Part shown: positions 27,743-36,443 of the stretch, piece after piece
Layout of the letters: each line of letters starts with the position of its first letter
Position numbering within the stretch: the first letter of the stretch is position 1
Origin: Flavobacteriales bacterium
Lineage (GTDB): Bacteria; Bacteroidota; Bacteroidia; Flavobacteriales_D; Sanyastnellaceae
Direction of reading: 5' to 3'
Assembly: GCA_947488195.1 (NCBI GenBank)
Contig: CANKYR010000002.1
Location: 5,241 to 69,240, forward strand
DNA: 64,000 nt
The notes under the pieces: model-generated
Seen by the model: only the letters and a program-made list of their open reading frames with translations
What the model was told of the DNA's origin: nothing
Databases searched by the model: none
Position numbers and translations under genes: made by a program

Positions 27743-28639
27743 ATGGAAGTTTTGGTTGAAGAAAAATCAGGTGTATTGGGAAAGATCAAAGCAGCTTTGG
27801 ATTTATTCAAGTTGCGCTTATCGTTTTTGGTTGTTGTTTCGTGTGTTTTATCCTATGAAATGGGATCACAGGAATGGGATTACATTAAAATGGGTTGGCT
27901 CATTCTTGCAGGGTTTTTATTAACGGGAGGAAGCAACGGTGTCAATCAAGTTCTCGAACGTCAATGGGACGCTCTCATGCACCGCACAAGAACTCGTCCC
28001 CTTCCAACAAACAGAATCTCATCACTTGGAGCTTGGTTGGTTTCGTTAACCGCTGCAGGATTAGGTATTTTCATTCTGTTTTATTACTTAAACACCGCTT
28101 CAGGAATTCTCGGTTTTGCAGCTTTTCTCTCCTATGCATTTATTTACACGCCATTAAAACGCATTACTCCTTGGGCTGTTTTTATTGGAGCCTTTCCAGG
28201 TGCGGTTGCTCCTATGCTCGGATATGTAGCCGCTACCAATCACTTCGGACTTGAAGCCGGAATCTTATTCGCGGTGCAATTCATGTGGCAATTCCCTCAC
28301 TTCTGGGCCATTGCTTGGGTGTCGCACGAAGACTATAACCGAGGTGGTTATAAACTTCTGCCCTTTAACGGAATGCCCGATCAAAAGACGGCCTTTCAAA
28401 TTATGGTTTACAGCTTTTTTCTTATTCCTGTGAGCCTGCTTCCGTGGACTCTTCCGCTTGAAACACCTATGGTTGGCGACCTTGCTGCAGTTATTGTTTC
28501 TGCAGCTGGTATCGGAATGTCATACCTCGCCTACAACTTATTTAAGGAACCAACCTTGTTGAATGCACGCAGAGTTATGTTTGCTTCATTCTTTTATTTA
28601 CCCATTGTTCAAATTGCTTACGTAATAGATAAAATCTAA
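27743..28639 (+). CDS. cyoE: Protoheme IX farnesyltransferase (heme O synthase)
   Basis: UbiA-family polytopic protein with NQVLERQWDALMHRTRTRPLP. ATG 27743 gives 298 aa. The ORF-track start 27695 is a TTG and cannot be excluded. Confidence 0.88.
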   Translation: MEVLVEEKSGVLGKIKAALDLFKLRLSFLVVVSCVLSYEMGSQEWDYIKMGWLILAGFLLTGGSNGVNQVLERQWDALMHRTRTRPLPTNRISSLGAWLVSLTAAGLGIFILFYYLNTASGILGFAAFLSYAFIYTPLKRITPWAVFIGAFPGAVAPMLGYVAATNHFGLEAGILFAVQFMWQFPHFWAIAWVSHEDYNRGGYKLLPFNGMPDQKTAFQIMVYSFFLIPVSLLPWTLPLETPMVGDLAAVIVSAAGIGMSYLAYNLFKEPTLLNARRVMFASFFYLPIVQIAYVIDKI

Positions 28640-29418
28640 TGGAAAACACAGACTTTAAAGAAATCAATCCTTTTGATGGTCAAAACCCCGAAGTAGAACT
28701 GCGTTCGAAAAAGATGATTGTTTGGCTAGTTATATTCGCAGTAGTCATGCTCTTCGGCGGAATTACCAGTGCCATCATGGTACTTTATGGGAAACTATTG
28801 TGGGTGCACATTCAACCACCAAGTATTTTTTGGGTTGGAAATGCACTGATAGTTTTAAGCAGTGTAACGCTAATTATGGCTTTAAAAGCACTGAAAGCAG
28901 GAAGTCAGTCAAAGGCTTTTTACCTGACTTTGGCAACTTTCATTTTAGGAATAGCATTCGTTTTTACTCAGAATAGAGGGTGGAACGAGATGGCTTCCAT
29001 GGGAATGGGAAACACCATTACCCAAACTGAACAAGGACTAAAGCAATCGCGTTGGAACACTTTGGGTAAGTTGAACGGAGAGTACGGCTCGAATTATTAT
29101 TTCGAATTGAATGGTCAGACGCTCACGAAAGAGGGAGATAACTATTATTATATCCGCCCCGACCAATCACGTGAAGACAAAACATTAGAAGTTCTCACAA
29201 CATTCAATGCGTCAGGCGCAATGCTCAGCGTGCTCATTTATTTGCACATTGCACATTTGCTTTGCGGGCTCCTCTATCTGGTTATAAACCTATTTAGACT
29301 GAAGAACGGGAAGTTAAACAAAGACAAATGGATTAGCCTGAATTCCAACGGTATGTATTGGCATTTCATGGGAATACTTTGGATTTACTTGTTCTTCTTC
29401 ATTTTTTATATCTACTAA
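28639..29418 (+). CDS. Heme-copper oxidase subunit III family protein (paralog 1)
   Basis: 259 aa. TM helices, C-terminal GMYWHFMGILWIYLFFFIFYIY (CoxIII WHFVD-type helix) and HIAHLLCG. The start overlaps the cyoE stop (TAATG). Confidence 0.75.
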   Translation: MENTDFKEINPFDGQNPEVELRSKKMIVWLVIFAVVMLFGGITSAIMVLYGKLLWVHIQPPSIFWVGNALIVLSSVTLIMALKALKAGSQSKAFYLTLATFILGIAFVFTQNRGWNEMASMGMGNTITQTEQGLKQSRWNTLGKLNGEYGSNYYFELNGQTLTKEGDNYYYIRPDQSREDKTLEVLTTFNASGAMLSVLIYLHIAHLLCGLLYLVINLFRLKNGKLNKDKWISLNSNGMYWHFMGILWIYLFFFIFYIY

Positions 29419-29527
29419 ACCCAGCGTTTGGCTTATTCAGAATTGTTCAAAATAGTAAAAAATGCCGATTCTCTTTCCTAAATTGATGCTTTTGAAGTAA
29501 AATTGCAGCCAAATTTCATTTACAATT

Positions 29528-30553
29528 ATGTCAGGTCAATCAGAACATGTAACGAAGGACGAATTGTGGGACGGTAACCGTTCTCCTTTTAGCGTTTCTT
29601 ATGGTAAAATGATGATGTGGTTTTTCCTTGTTTCGGATGCCCTCACGTTTAGCGGACTACTTACGGCTTACGGAGTAATTCGTCATGGAAGCTCGGACTT
29701 GTGGCCTGTGGGTGAACAAGTTTTCGAAGCACTACCTGGCTTACACGGATCTTATCCGTTGATGTATGTGGCATTAATGACATTCATCTTAATTATCTCA
29801 TCTGTTACAATGGTATTGGCTGTAGAAGCCGGACACCGTATGGATAAGAAAGGCGTAGTGAAGTGGCTGGGATACACCATTATTGGTGGTTTCATTTTCT
29901 TGGGTTCACAAGCATGGGAATGGTCTCACTTCATTCACGGTTCTGGCGGTGGATTCCAAGTGAATCAACCACTGACTGTTGCTGCTGCTGATGACGCAGG
30001 TAACACGTATCAAATTAGTCTAGATAACGGAACGTGGGTGCACATGTCAAGCGACTTCGGTCACAAGTATGAGCACGCAATGGAACTTGCTGAAGAACCT
30101 GTTGCACATGACGAGCATGGAGGACATGGCGAACACGCTTCTGCTGAAACTCATGAAGATATTTCTACGATGGTTCCAGAAGAAGTTGTCCTGAATAAAT
30201 ACACCCTTGAGCACAAAGACGGAAAAGACCTTCGCAAGTTGATCGTTAAAGGCGAAGACGCTAAAAAGATTTGGGCATCTATGGAGCCAGGTTCAATGGC
30301 GTTTGGTGCAAACATGCACAAGAATGAATACGCTATTCAACAACAATACGCCAATTTCTTTTTCTTTGTAACGGGCTTCCACGGTTTCCACGTATTCACT
30401 GGAGTCCTAATCAATGTCATTGTTTGGTTAATGGCTGTTAAAGGTGTTTTCGAAGCTCGCGGTCACTACGAAATGATTGAGAAAATCGGATTGTACTGGC
30501 ACTTCGTTGACCTTGTTTGGGTATTCGTATTCACATTCTTCTACCTTATCTAA
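29528..30553 (+). CDS. ctaE: Cytochrome c oxidase subunit III (paralog 2, with a large loop insertion)
   Basis: 341 aa. FFFFVTGFHGFHVFTG and GLYWHFVDLVWVFVFTFFYLI are canonical CoxIII helices. Confidence 0.85.
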   Translation: MSGQSEHVTKDELWDGNRSPFSVSYGKMMMWFFLVSDALTFSGLLTAYGVIRHGSSDLWPVGEQVFEALPGLHGSYPLMYVALMTFILIISSVTMVLAVEAGHRMDKKGVVKWLGYTIIGGFIFLGSQAWEWSHFIHGSGGGFQVNQPLTVAAADDAGNTYQISLDNGTWVHMSSDFGHKYEHAMELAEEPVAHDEHGGHGEHASAETHEDISTMVPEEVVLNKYTLEHKDGKDLRKLIVKGEDAKKIWASMEPGSMAFGANMHKNEYAIQQQYANFFFFVTGFHGFHVFTGVLINVIVWLMAVKGVFEARGHYEMIEKIGLYWHFVDLVWVFVFTFFYLI

Positions 30554-30567
30554 TATTACTGATTATC

Positions 30568-30945
30568 ATGGAAAGAGATGACCTTATTGTAAACGAGAGC
30601 TATGCTCTTAATGCAAAACACGACGAAGCAGCTGGAAAGCAAATTCGCAAGAAATTATATGCGGTAACTGTACTTTTAACAGTGATCACAATTATTGAAG
30701 TATTCATGGGTGTTGCATTCAAAAGAAATGGAACATTTGCTTGGGAAACCATAAAGTTGACTTTCTTAGTCCTCACTTTGGTAAAGGCGGCATACATTGT
30801 TTTAATTTTTATGCACCTTGGCGACGAAAGAAAGAACCTCAAGTATGTAGTTCTTCTGCCTTATGCAATATTCATCATGTATTTAATCTTTATTGGTTTG
30901 TATGAAGGTGTAAGTGTGCAAGAAGGGCACAACATCTTCGGCTAA
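30568..30945 (+). CDS. Cytochrome c oxidase subunit IV family (bacterial aa3/caa3 type)
   Basis: 125 aa from ATG 30568 (MERDDLIV...). Three TM helices, position directly after CoxIII, and LIFMHLGDERK typical of this small subunit. Confidence 0.7.
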   Translation: MERDDLIVNESYALNAKHDEAAGKQIRKKLYAVTVLLTVITIIEVFMGVAFKRNGTFAWETIKLTFLVLTLVKAAYIVLIFMHLGDERKNLKYVVLLPYAIFIMYLIFIGLYEGVSVQEGHNIFG

Positions 30946-30956
30946 GCTGAAGAACA

Positions 30957-31598
30957 ATGAATAATAAAAAACTGAAAAAGTATATCCTATTGGTGGGTAT
31001 GCTTTTTTTTATTCCACTAACTCTGCTCATTGTCCTAGGACCATTGGGCAAGCACAATTTTAGTGAACCACTTTATTTCGGTCCGAACTGTGACGCCGGA
31101 TGCGAAACGTCTGACTATCAGATTTCAGATTTTGCATTCGTAAATCAAGACAACCAACTCATCAATCGAGATTCATTGATGGGGAAAATTTGGATAGCAG
31201 CATTCGTCGATTTCGAAGACCCAAACCTTCCTAAAATTACAGAGAGATTGCTCATTCCGAATTTTAAATTCCGAATGGAACCAGATATTAGTATCATTTG
31301 TTTCGATCCAAACGGATACTCAGATACTGCTGCTGTGAAGGCCTATGTAACCCAGAATTTAAGATACTCGAACAATAAAGCTAAATGGCAATTCCTTCAA
31401 GGAGATTCAGCGGCTATGGCAGCATTCGTTCGTAACGGCTTCCTCATTCAAGATTTGAAAAATGAGGCAGTGTTTCGATTGGTTGATGAGTCTGGACATA
31501 TTCGTGGACTCTATGGCAACACAGAGTATCATTTCGAAAATCTTATGGAAGATGTCGCAATCTTAAATAAAAAGAGAAAAATTAAACGTGGGTACTAA
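30957..31598 (+). CDS. SCO1/SenC-like thioredoxin-fold protein lacking the copper ligands (degenerate paralog)
   Basis: 213 aa. N-terminal TM anchor. Alignable by eye with the next gene (MGKIWIAAFVDFEDPNLPKI versus LGKIAVVDFFFTNCTSICPM; GHIRGLYG versus GRIRGYYDG), but it has no CxxxC at that site and no His. Confidence 0.6.
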   Translation: MNNKKLKKYILLVGMLFFIPLTLLIVLGPLGKHNFSEPLYFGPNCDAGCETSDYQISDFAFVNQDNQLINRDSLMGKIWIAAFVDFEDPNLPKITERLLIPNFKFRMEPDISIICFDPNGYSDTAAVKAYVTQNLRYSNNKAKWQFLQGDSAAMAAFVRNGFLIQDLKNEAVFRLVDESGHIRGLYGNTEYHFENLMEDVAILNKKRKIKRGY

Positions 31599-32250
31599 AC
31601 GTCTTTTCCTTCTGGCTTTTGTAGCTCTTGCTGCATGCACCGATCCGGTTAAGTCACCCGATCTGAAAGAAAAAACGTTGCCCTATTTTGGCGATTTCGG
31701 AATAGAAATAAACTACAACGAAAAGGGAGAAGGCATCTCAGATACGGTCTACGATCCAATTCCATTGTTCGCGTTTACCAATCAAGAAGGGATTCTCATT
31801 ACCAATGATTTTATGCTCGGGAAAATTGCTGTTGTCGATTTTTTCTTCACCAATTGTACGAGCATTTGCCCCATGCTATCCTCACAAATGGCCCGCCTTC
31901 AGCATTCAGTGAAAGCTGAAAACATCAACGACCAAGTTGTCCTCCTTTCTCATACGGTAGACCCAAAGAACGATACCCCCGAAGCGCTGAAAGCATATGC
32001 TAATGGAATGGGCGCAGATTTTTCCAATTGGAATTTCGTGACCGGAAATGAAGAAGACATATACTGGCAAGCGAAAGAGGGATATAAGCTAACAGCTTTC
32101 CCGTCAGATACGGCACAAGGCGGATTCTTTCACACCGATCAAATTGCATTGATAGATCAAGAGGGAAGAATTAGAGGTTATTACGACGGCACCTCAACAA
32201 AAGCGGTGGATCAGTTGTTTAAAGATTTACATTTGTTACTAAAGAAATAA
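31588..32250 (+). CDS. SCO family copper chaperone (lipoprotein)
   Basis: 220 aa. GTG start, lipobox LAAC, copper site FFFTNCTSICP plus the downstream His in FFHTDQIALIDQEGRIRGYY. Confidence 0.88.
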   Translation: MGTKRLFLLAFVALAACTDPVKSPDLKEKTLPYFGDFGIEINYNEKGEGISDTVYDPIPLFAFTNQEGILITNDFMLGKIAVVDFFFTNCTSICPMLSSQMARLQHSVKAENINDQVVLLSHTVDPKNDTPEALKAYANGMGADFSNWNFVTGNEEDIYWQAKEGYKLTAFPSDTAQGGFFHTDQIALIDQEGRIRGYYDGTSTKAVDQLFKDLHLLLKK

Positions 32251-32254
32251 GAGA

Positions 32255-32797
32255 ATGAAAGCAGAAATAAAAAAGAACGATAAGCTAGCGAAGACCCTAA
32301 TCTATCTCGTGTCGGCAGTTGTATTCTTGGTAGTTGTGTCATTGCGCTATCTGAAGTTCACGAACGTCGATCTTGGATTCGATGTTCACTTGTTGGCTAA
32401 AGCGAATGCCCTTATCAATGGAACCGTAGCCGCTCTGCTGGTTGCGGCGCTGGTTGCGGTGAAGAAAAAGAACTTTGAATTGCACAAAAAGTTAATGAAA
32501 GGCGCTATTTTCTTGAGTGTAATTTTCTTGGTGACCTACATCGGACACCACATGTTCGCAGGAGAAACAGAATTCCCAAAGGAGAACTCAATGAGAGGTG
32601 TCTATTTGGTAATTCTTTCCACGCACATTGTTCTCGCAGCAATCATTCTTCCCTTCATTTTATTTACAGCATACCGTGCTTTAATTGCAGAATTTTCCGA
32701 ACATAAAAAACTAGCTAAATACACATGGCCTATTTGGTTCTATGTGGCTGTTACAGGAGTTATTGTTTACTTCATGATTTCACCCTATTACCGATGA
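32255..32797 (+). CDS. DUF420 membrane protein (CtaM-like oxidase assembly factor family)
   Basis: 180 aa with four TM helices, placed in the oxidase accessory cluster. The family call is by resemblance and context. Confidence 0.7.
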   Translation: MKAEIKKNDKLAKTLIYLVSAVVFLVVVSLRYLKFTNVDLGFDVHLLAKANALINGTVAALLVAALVAVKKKNFELHKKLMKGAIFLSVIFLVTYIGHHMFAGETEFPKENSMRGVYLVILSTHIVLAAIILPFILFTAYRALIAEFSEHKKLAKYTWPIWFYVAVTGVIVYFMISPYYR

Positions 32798-33033
32798 GCA
32801 TGAAAAAGTTTTTCGTTGTACTGTTTTTCTATGCGTTGAATGTTGCCACATACGCGCAATGTGCCATGTGCAAGGCCACTGCCGAAACAGCAAGTCAAAA
32901 CTCCTCAGGAAGTTTAGCTGAAGGATTGAACACAGGAATCATTTATCTAATGCTCATTCCTTACACACTTTTGGCAGTCCTTGCCATTGTATTTTTCAGA
33001 AAGCGAATCACGAATTTCTTCAAGGCGAATTAA
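32794..33033 (+). CDS. Small secreted, membrane-tethered CxxC protein (hypothetical)
   Basis: 79 aa from ATG 32794, overlapping the DUF420 stop (ATGA). Signal peptide MSMKKFFVVLFFYALNVATYAQ, then CAMC immediately after the predicted cleavage site, then a C-terminal TM helix IIYLMLIPYTLLAVLAIVFF and a basic tail. Confidence 0.55.
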   Translation: MSMKKFFVVLFFYALNVATYAQCAMCKATAETASQNSSGSLAEGLNTGIIYLMLIPYTLLAVLAIVFFRKRITNFFKAN

Positions 33034-33045
33034 AAGAACTTCAAT

Positions 33046-33053
33046 TACCTTTG
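33046..33053 (+). promoter_or_regulatory. Candidate -7 promoter box for the tolC-like operon
   Basis: TACCTTTG (exact TAnnTTTG) 41 nt upstream of ATG 33095. Confidence 0.4.
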
Positions 33054-33094
33054 AATACCGATTGTCTAGTGATGTTCGGAAATTTTGAAGATTT

Positions 33095-34525
33095 ATGAAG
33101 CGCTGTTTCCTTGTTTTCTTAGTCATTTTAGGAAGTCACTTTTCTAACGCTCAATGGACTTTGCAACAATGCGTGGGCACAGCCATAGAACGGAATATTG
33201 GATTGCAAAGAAACAATCTTGGACTAGAGCAAACCAAACTGAACCAAGAACAAGCCTTGGGGAGTTTCCTTCCCAACTTAAACGGACAGGTATCGCACGG
33301 TTACAACTGGGGACAGCGAATTGACCCGTTTACCAATCAGTTCGCAACGCAGCGTATTCAAAGCAATAGCTTGGGGCTCTCAACAAGCGTGACGCTCTTT
33401 TCCGGACTTCAAAATCTAAATCAATATAAGAAGGCAGAAGTAGATAACCGAGCTCAATTGCTCACCTTCGACTATCAACGCAATCAATTGGCCCTTCAAG
33501 TGTCCGTTGCATACTTGAATGTATTACTAACGCAGGAGCTTCAAGCCTCTACCGAGTTAACCGTGAATCGTACCAAGCAACAAGTGAAACGCATCACTGA
33601 CTTGGTGAATGCGGGAAACGCCGCTGAGGGAAGCCTTCGCGATGTAGAAGCGCAATTGTTTTCAGATGAAGCCAGTTATATTTCGGCAGGAAACAATGTG
33701 CAATCTGCCATTCTAGACATTGCCCAATTGATGCAACTTACTGAGCAGGAGCAAAGAAATTTCAATATTAAAGCCGATGTTTCTTCGTTCAATATTGCAG
33801 AGCAAATTCCCGACTTAACAGCATGTGTGCAGAATGCACTTGCCACTTTTCCGCAAATAAAATCTGCTGAGCTTTCATTGGCCTCGAGCAATTTAAATCT
33901 GAGCATTGCGAAAGGTGGAATGTCGCCTCGCTTGAACATGAGCTATTCTTACGGGTCTGGATATTCAGGTGCCTCGAAAGTGTTAACAGGTTCTCCCGAT
34001 TCATTGTCCTTTCCAATCGGACAAGTCTTCGGTTCGAATCAATATGTGTTCTCTCTTCCTCAAGCTATATACACTGTAGACGATTACGCAACAAAGCCTT
34101 TCGGGAATCAGTTGAGAGACAACGTCAACCAATCGCTCTTCTTCAGCTTAACCCTTCCATTGTTCAACGGCTTTTCAAACGACGTGAATATCAAACGCGC
34201 AGAATTGGCTCGCGCCGATAATGAGTTAACGGTTCAGCAAACCAAAGTGCAATTAGAGCAAGAGGTGCGCAAAGCGTATCTCGACGTGACGCGCGCAAAA
34301 GCAAATTACGAGGCTACACAAAAGGCAGTAGAAGCAAGTCACCTTGCGTTCGATTGGAACGAACTCCGCTTCAATCAAGGTGTCGTGGGTATGTCTGAAT
34401 ACCTCGATGCGCGCAACCGCCTGCAGCAAGCAGAATCGAACTTTGTTCGAAGTAAATACGACTGGATTTTTAAACGAAAAATAATTGACTTCTACATGGG
34501 AGTCCCTCTAATGTCACAACCATGA
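33095..34525 (+). CDS. TolC-family outer membrane efflux protein
   Basis: 476 aa. Signal peptide and two OEP repeats (for example LQQCVGTAIERNIGLQ..., ...YLDVTRAKANYEA...). Confidence 0.88.
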   Translation: MKRCFLVFLVILGSHFSNAQWTLQQCVGTAIERNIGLQRNNLGLEQTKLNQEQALGSFLPNLNGQVSHGYNWGQRIDPFTNQFATQRIQSNSLGLSTSVTLFSGLQNLNQYKKAEVDNRAQLLTFDYQRNQLALQVSVAYLNVLLTQELQASTELTVNRTKQQVKRITDLVNAGNAAEGSLRDVEAQLFSDEASYISAGNNVQSAILDIAQLMQLTEQEQRNFNIKADVSSFNIAEQIPDLTACVQNALATFPQIKSAELSLASSNLNLSIAKGGMSPRLNMSYSYGSGYSGASKVLTGSPDSLSFPIGQVFGSNQYVFSLPQAIYTVDDYATKPFGNQLRDNVNQSLFFSLTLPLFNGFSNDVNIKRAELARADNELTVQQTKVQLEQEVRKAYLDVTRAKANYEATQKAVEASHLAFDWNELRFNQGVVGMSEYLDARNRLQQAESNFVRSKYDWIFKRKIIDFYMGVPLMSQP

Positions 34526-35793
34526 AAAACAAAAAAAGATGGATCTGGATTTCAATAATCGTTGTGATTATTGCGGCCATTGTATTGCCAATGGTATTCG
34601 GTTCTGGTGATGCAAAAGTGGTTACACTTGGAAAGTCGGAAAAAAGAAATTTGAGTGAAGTGGTGGCCGCAAGCGGAAAAGTTCAGCCTTCCGTTGAAGT
34701 GAAAATTCAGTCGGAAGTGTCAGGACAAATTGTTGAACTGCCTGTGAAAGAAGGAGACTTCGTTCAGAAAGGCCAGTTACTCGTGCGCATCAATCCCGAT
34801 CTTTATGTTTCTGCACTCAGTCGCGCAGAAGCCGCATTGAACACAGCAAAAAGTAATTTGTCCAGCGCGAAAGCACGCTTAACGCAAGCGAAAGCACAAA
34901 AGCGTTTGCAAGAAACAACCCTTGTGCGACTTTCAAAATTAATCGAGCAAAAGGCAATCTCACAAGCCGAATACGACAACGCAAGCAGTGCTTTAGAAAC
35001 AGCAGTGGCAGAAGTTGAAGCCGCTGAAGAGAGCGTACACAGTGCAAACTTTTCCATAGCAAGCGCAGACGCTGGAAAGAGCGAAGCGCAAGAAAACTTA
35101 AGAAGAACAACCATTGTTGCACCTATTTCAGGAACGGTAACGGCTCTTGCTAAAGAGCTCGGTGAAACTGTGCTTGGAAACAACATGATGAGCGGAGATG
35201 TGATCATGAAAGTTTCTGTTCTGAATGAAATGGAAATTGATTTGGAGGTGAACGAGACAGACATCGTACACGTGCAAGTTGGAGATACCGCAGATGTTGA
35301 AATAGACGCGTTCAGCGACCAAGTTTTCAAAGGTGTTGTAACCGAAGTTGGCTATTCCGCTTTGAACGCTGGACAAGGCCTTGCTGCAAGCACGGAGCAG
35401 GTAACGAATTTTTCGGTGAAAGTTAAAATTGTGAAAGAGTCATATTCAGGTGTGAATGGAAATTCAGAAAACAATTCTCCCTTTAAACCTGGTATGAGCG
35501 CTACCGTGAAAATTCATACAGACGAAGCTAACCATGCCTTAGCAGTGCCAACGGCTTCTGTCACAACACGTGCAGATTCACTTCGAAATAATATTTCTTT
35601 AACGGTTGTTTTCGTGAAGAAAGCCGACAATTCAGTAGAGATGAAACAAGTTCAAACCGGTATTCAAGACGGGACGTTTATTCAAATTACCAGCGGCTTG
35701 AATGAAGGAGAAGAAATTGTTACGGGTCCGTATGAACTCTTATCGAAAGATCTTGAGAACGGAGACGCAATTAAGCTTGAGGAGAAAAAATAA
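34522..35793 (+). CDS. Efflux periplasmic adaptor subunit (HlyD/MacA-type membrane fusion protein)
   Basis: 423 aa. N-terminal TM, lipoyl-like motif (GQIVELPVKEGDFVQKGQLLVRI), an Ala/Gln/Glu-rich coiled-coil hairpin and beta-barrel/MP domains. 4-nt overlap with the tolC-like gene. Confidence 0.88.
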   Translation: MKNKKRWIWISIIVVIIAAIVLPMVFGSGDAKVVTLGKSEKRNLSEVVAASGKVQPSVEVKIQSEVSGQIVELPVKEGDFVQKGQLLVRINPDLYVSALSRAEAALNTAKSNLSSAKARLTQAKAQKRLQETTLVRLSKLIEQKAISQAEYDNASSALETAVAEVEAAEESVHSANFSIASADAGKSEAQENLRRTTIVAPISGTVTALAKELGETVLGNNMMSGDVIMKVSVLNEMEIDLEVNETDIVHVQVGDTADVEIDAFSDQVFKGVVTEVGYSALNAGQGLAASTEQVTNFSVKVKIVKESYSGVNGNSENNSPFKPGMSATVKIHTDEANHALAVPTASVTTRADSLRNNISLTVVFVKKADNSVEMKQVQTGIQDGTFIQITSGLNEGEEIVTGPYELLSKDLENGDAIKLEEKK

Positions 35794-36443
35794 TGTATTT
35801 GTGTCTGGAAACCGCTACGCGGAATTGCAGTGTTGCACTCATCAAAGACAACGTTCTTGTCGATCTTTTCGAACGTACAGAAACTGAATTCGTTCACGCA
35901 GAAGCGCTGCATCAAATGATGAAAGATTTGCTAGATCGCAACAATTTAAAGCCTTCTGATTTATCTGGAATTGCTGTGGGTATTGGTCCCGGTTCATACA
36001 CCGGTTTGCGCATTGGAGTGACCGCTGCCAAAGGTTTAGCATATGCTTTAAACATTGGTTTGGTTACTATAACAACTGGAGAACTATTGGTGAATTCAGC
36101 AGGAAATTATTCTGAAGGTACTCCTGTAGCACTCATCGATGCGCGCAGAAACGATGCCTATGTTTATTCAAATGGAAGTTGGTCGTTCGCTACGCTGAAT
36201 GAAGAATGGCGAGCGAATCTCGGTATTGAAGAGGCAATCTTTGTTGGAGATGCTGCCTTTAAAGTAATCGATTTTAAGTGGAAGGAAGATCAAGTGAAAG
36301 CCATTTCTCCAAGTGCGCAGCATTTTATAGGACTACTTCCCAATTCTTCTGCTAAATTTGAAGAACACATGGCGCAAATTGAACCTTTCTACATGAAGGA
36401 ATTTGTTCCTACCGAATCGAAAAAAAACACGTTGAATGGATAA
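35793..36443 (+). CDS. tsaB: tRNA threonylcarbamoyladenosine biosynthesis protein TsaB
   Basis: 216 aa. LCLETATRNCSVAL and GIGPGSYTGLRIGV. Confidence 0.9.
   Translation: MYLCLETATRNCSVALIKDNVLVDLFERTETEFVHAEALHQMMKDLLDRNNLKPSDLSGIAVGIGPGSYTGLRIGVTAAKGLAYALNIGLVTITTGELLVNSAGNYSEGTPVALIDARRNDAYVYSNGSWSFATLNEEWRANLGIEEAIFVGDAAFKVIDFKWKEDQVKAISPSAQHFIGLLPNSSAKFEEHMAQIEPFYMKEFVPTESKKNTLNG

Noticed and set aside
27895-28433. Alternative-frame plus-strand ORFs (27895-28254, 28251-28433) within cyoE.
   Set aside because: The cyoE frame carries the UbiA-family motifs. The alternative frames are Arg/Ser/Cys-rich, as expected for out-of-frame reading of membrane-protein codons.
34803-35330. 175-aa minus-strand ORF (and 34817-35122) inside the MFP adaptor gene.
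   Set aside because: It is antisense to the Ala/Gln/Glu-rich coiled-coil hairpin of the adaptor. The Ser/Ala/Cys/Thr-rich product is the expected mirror of GCN/CAR/GAR codons.
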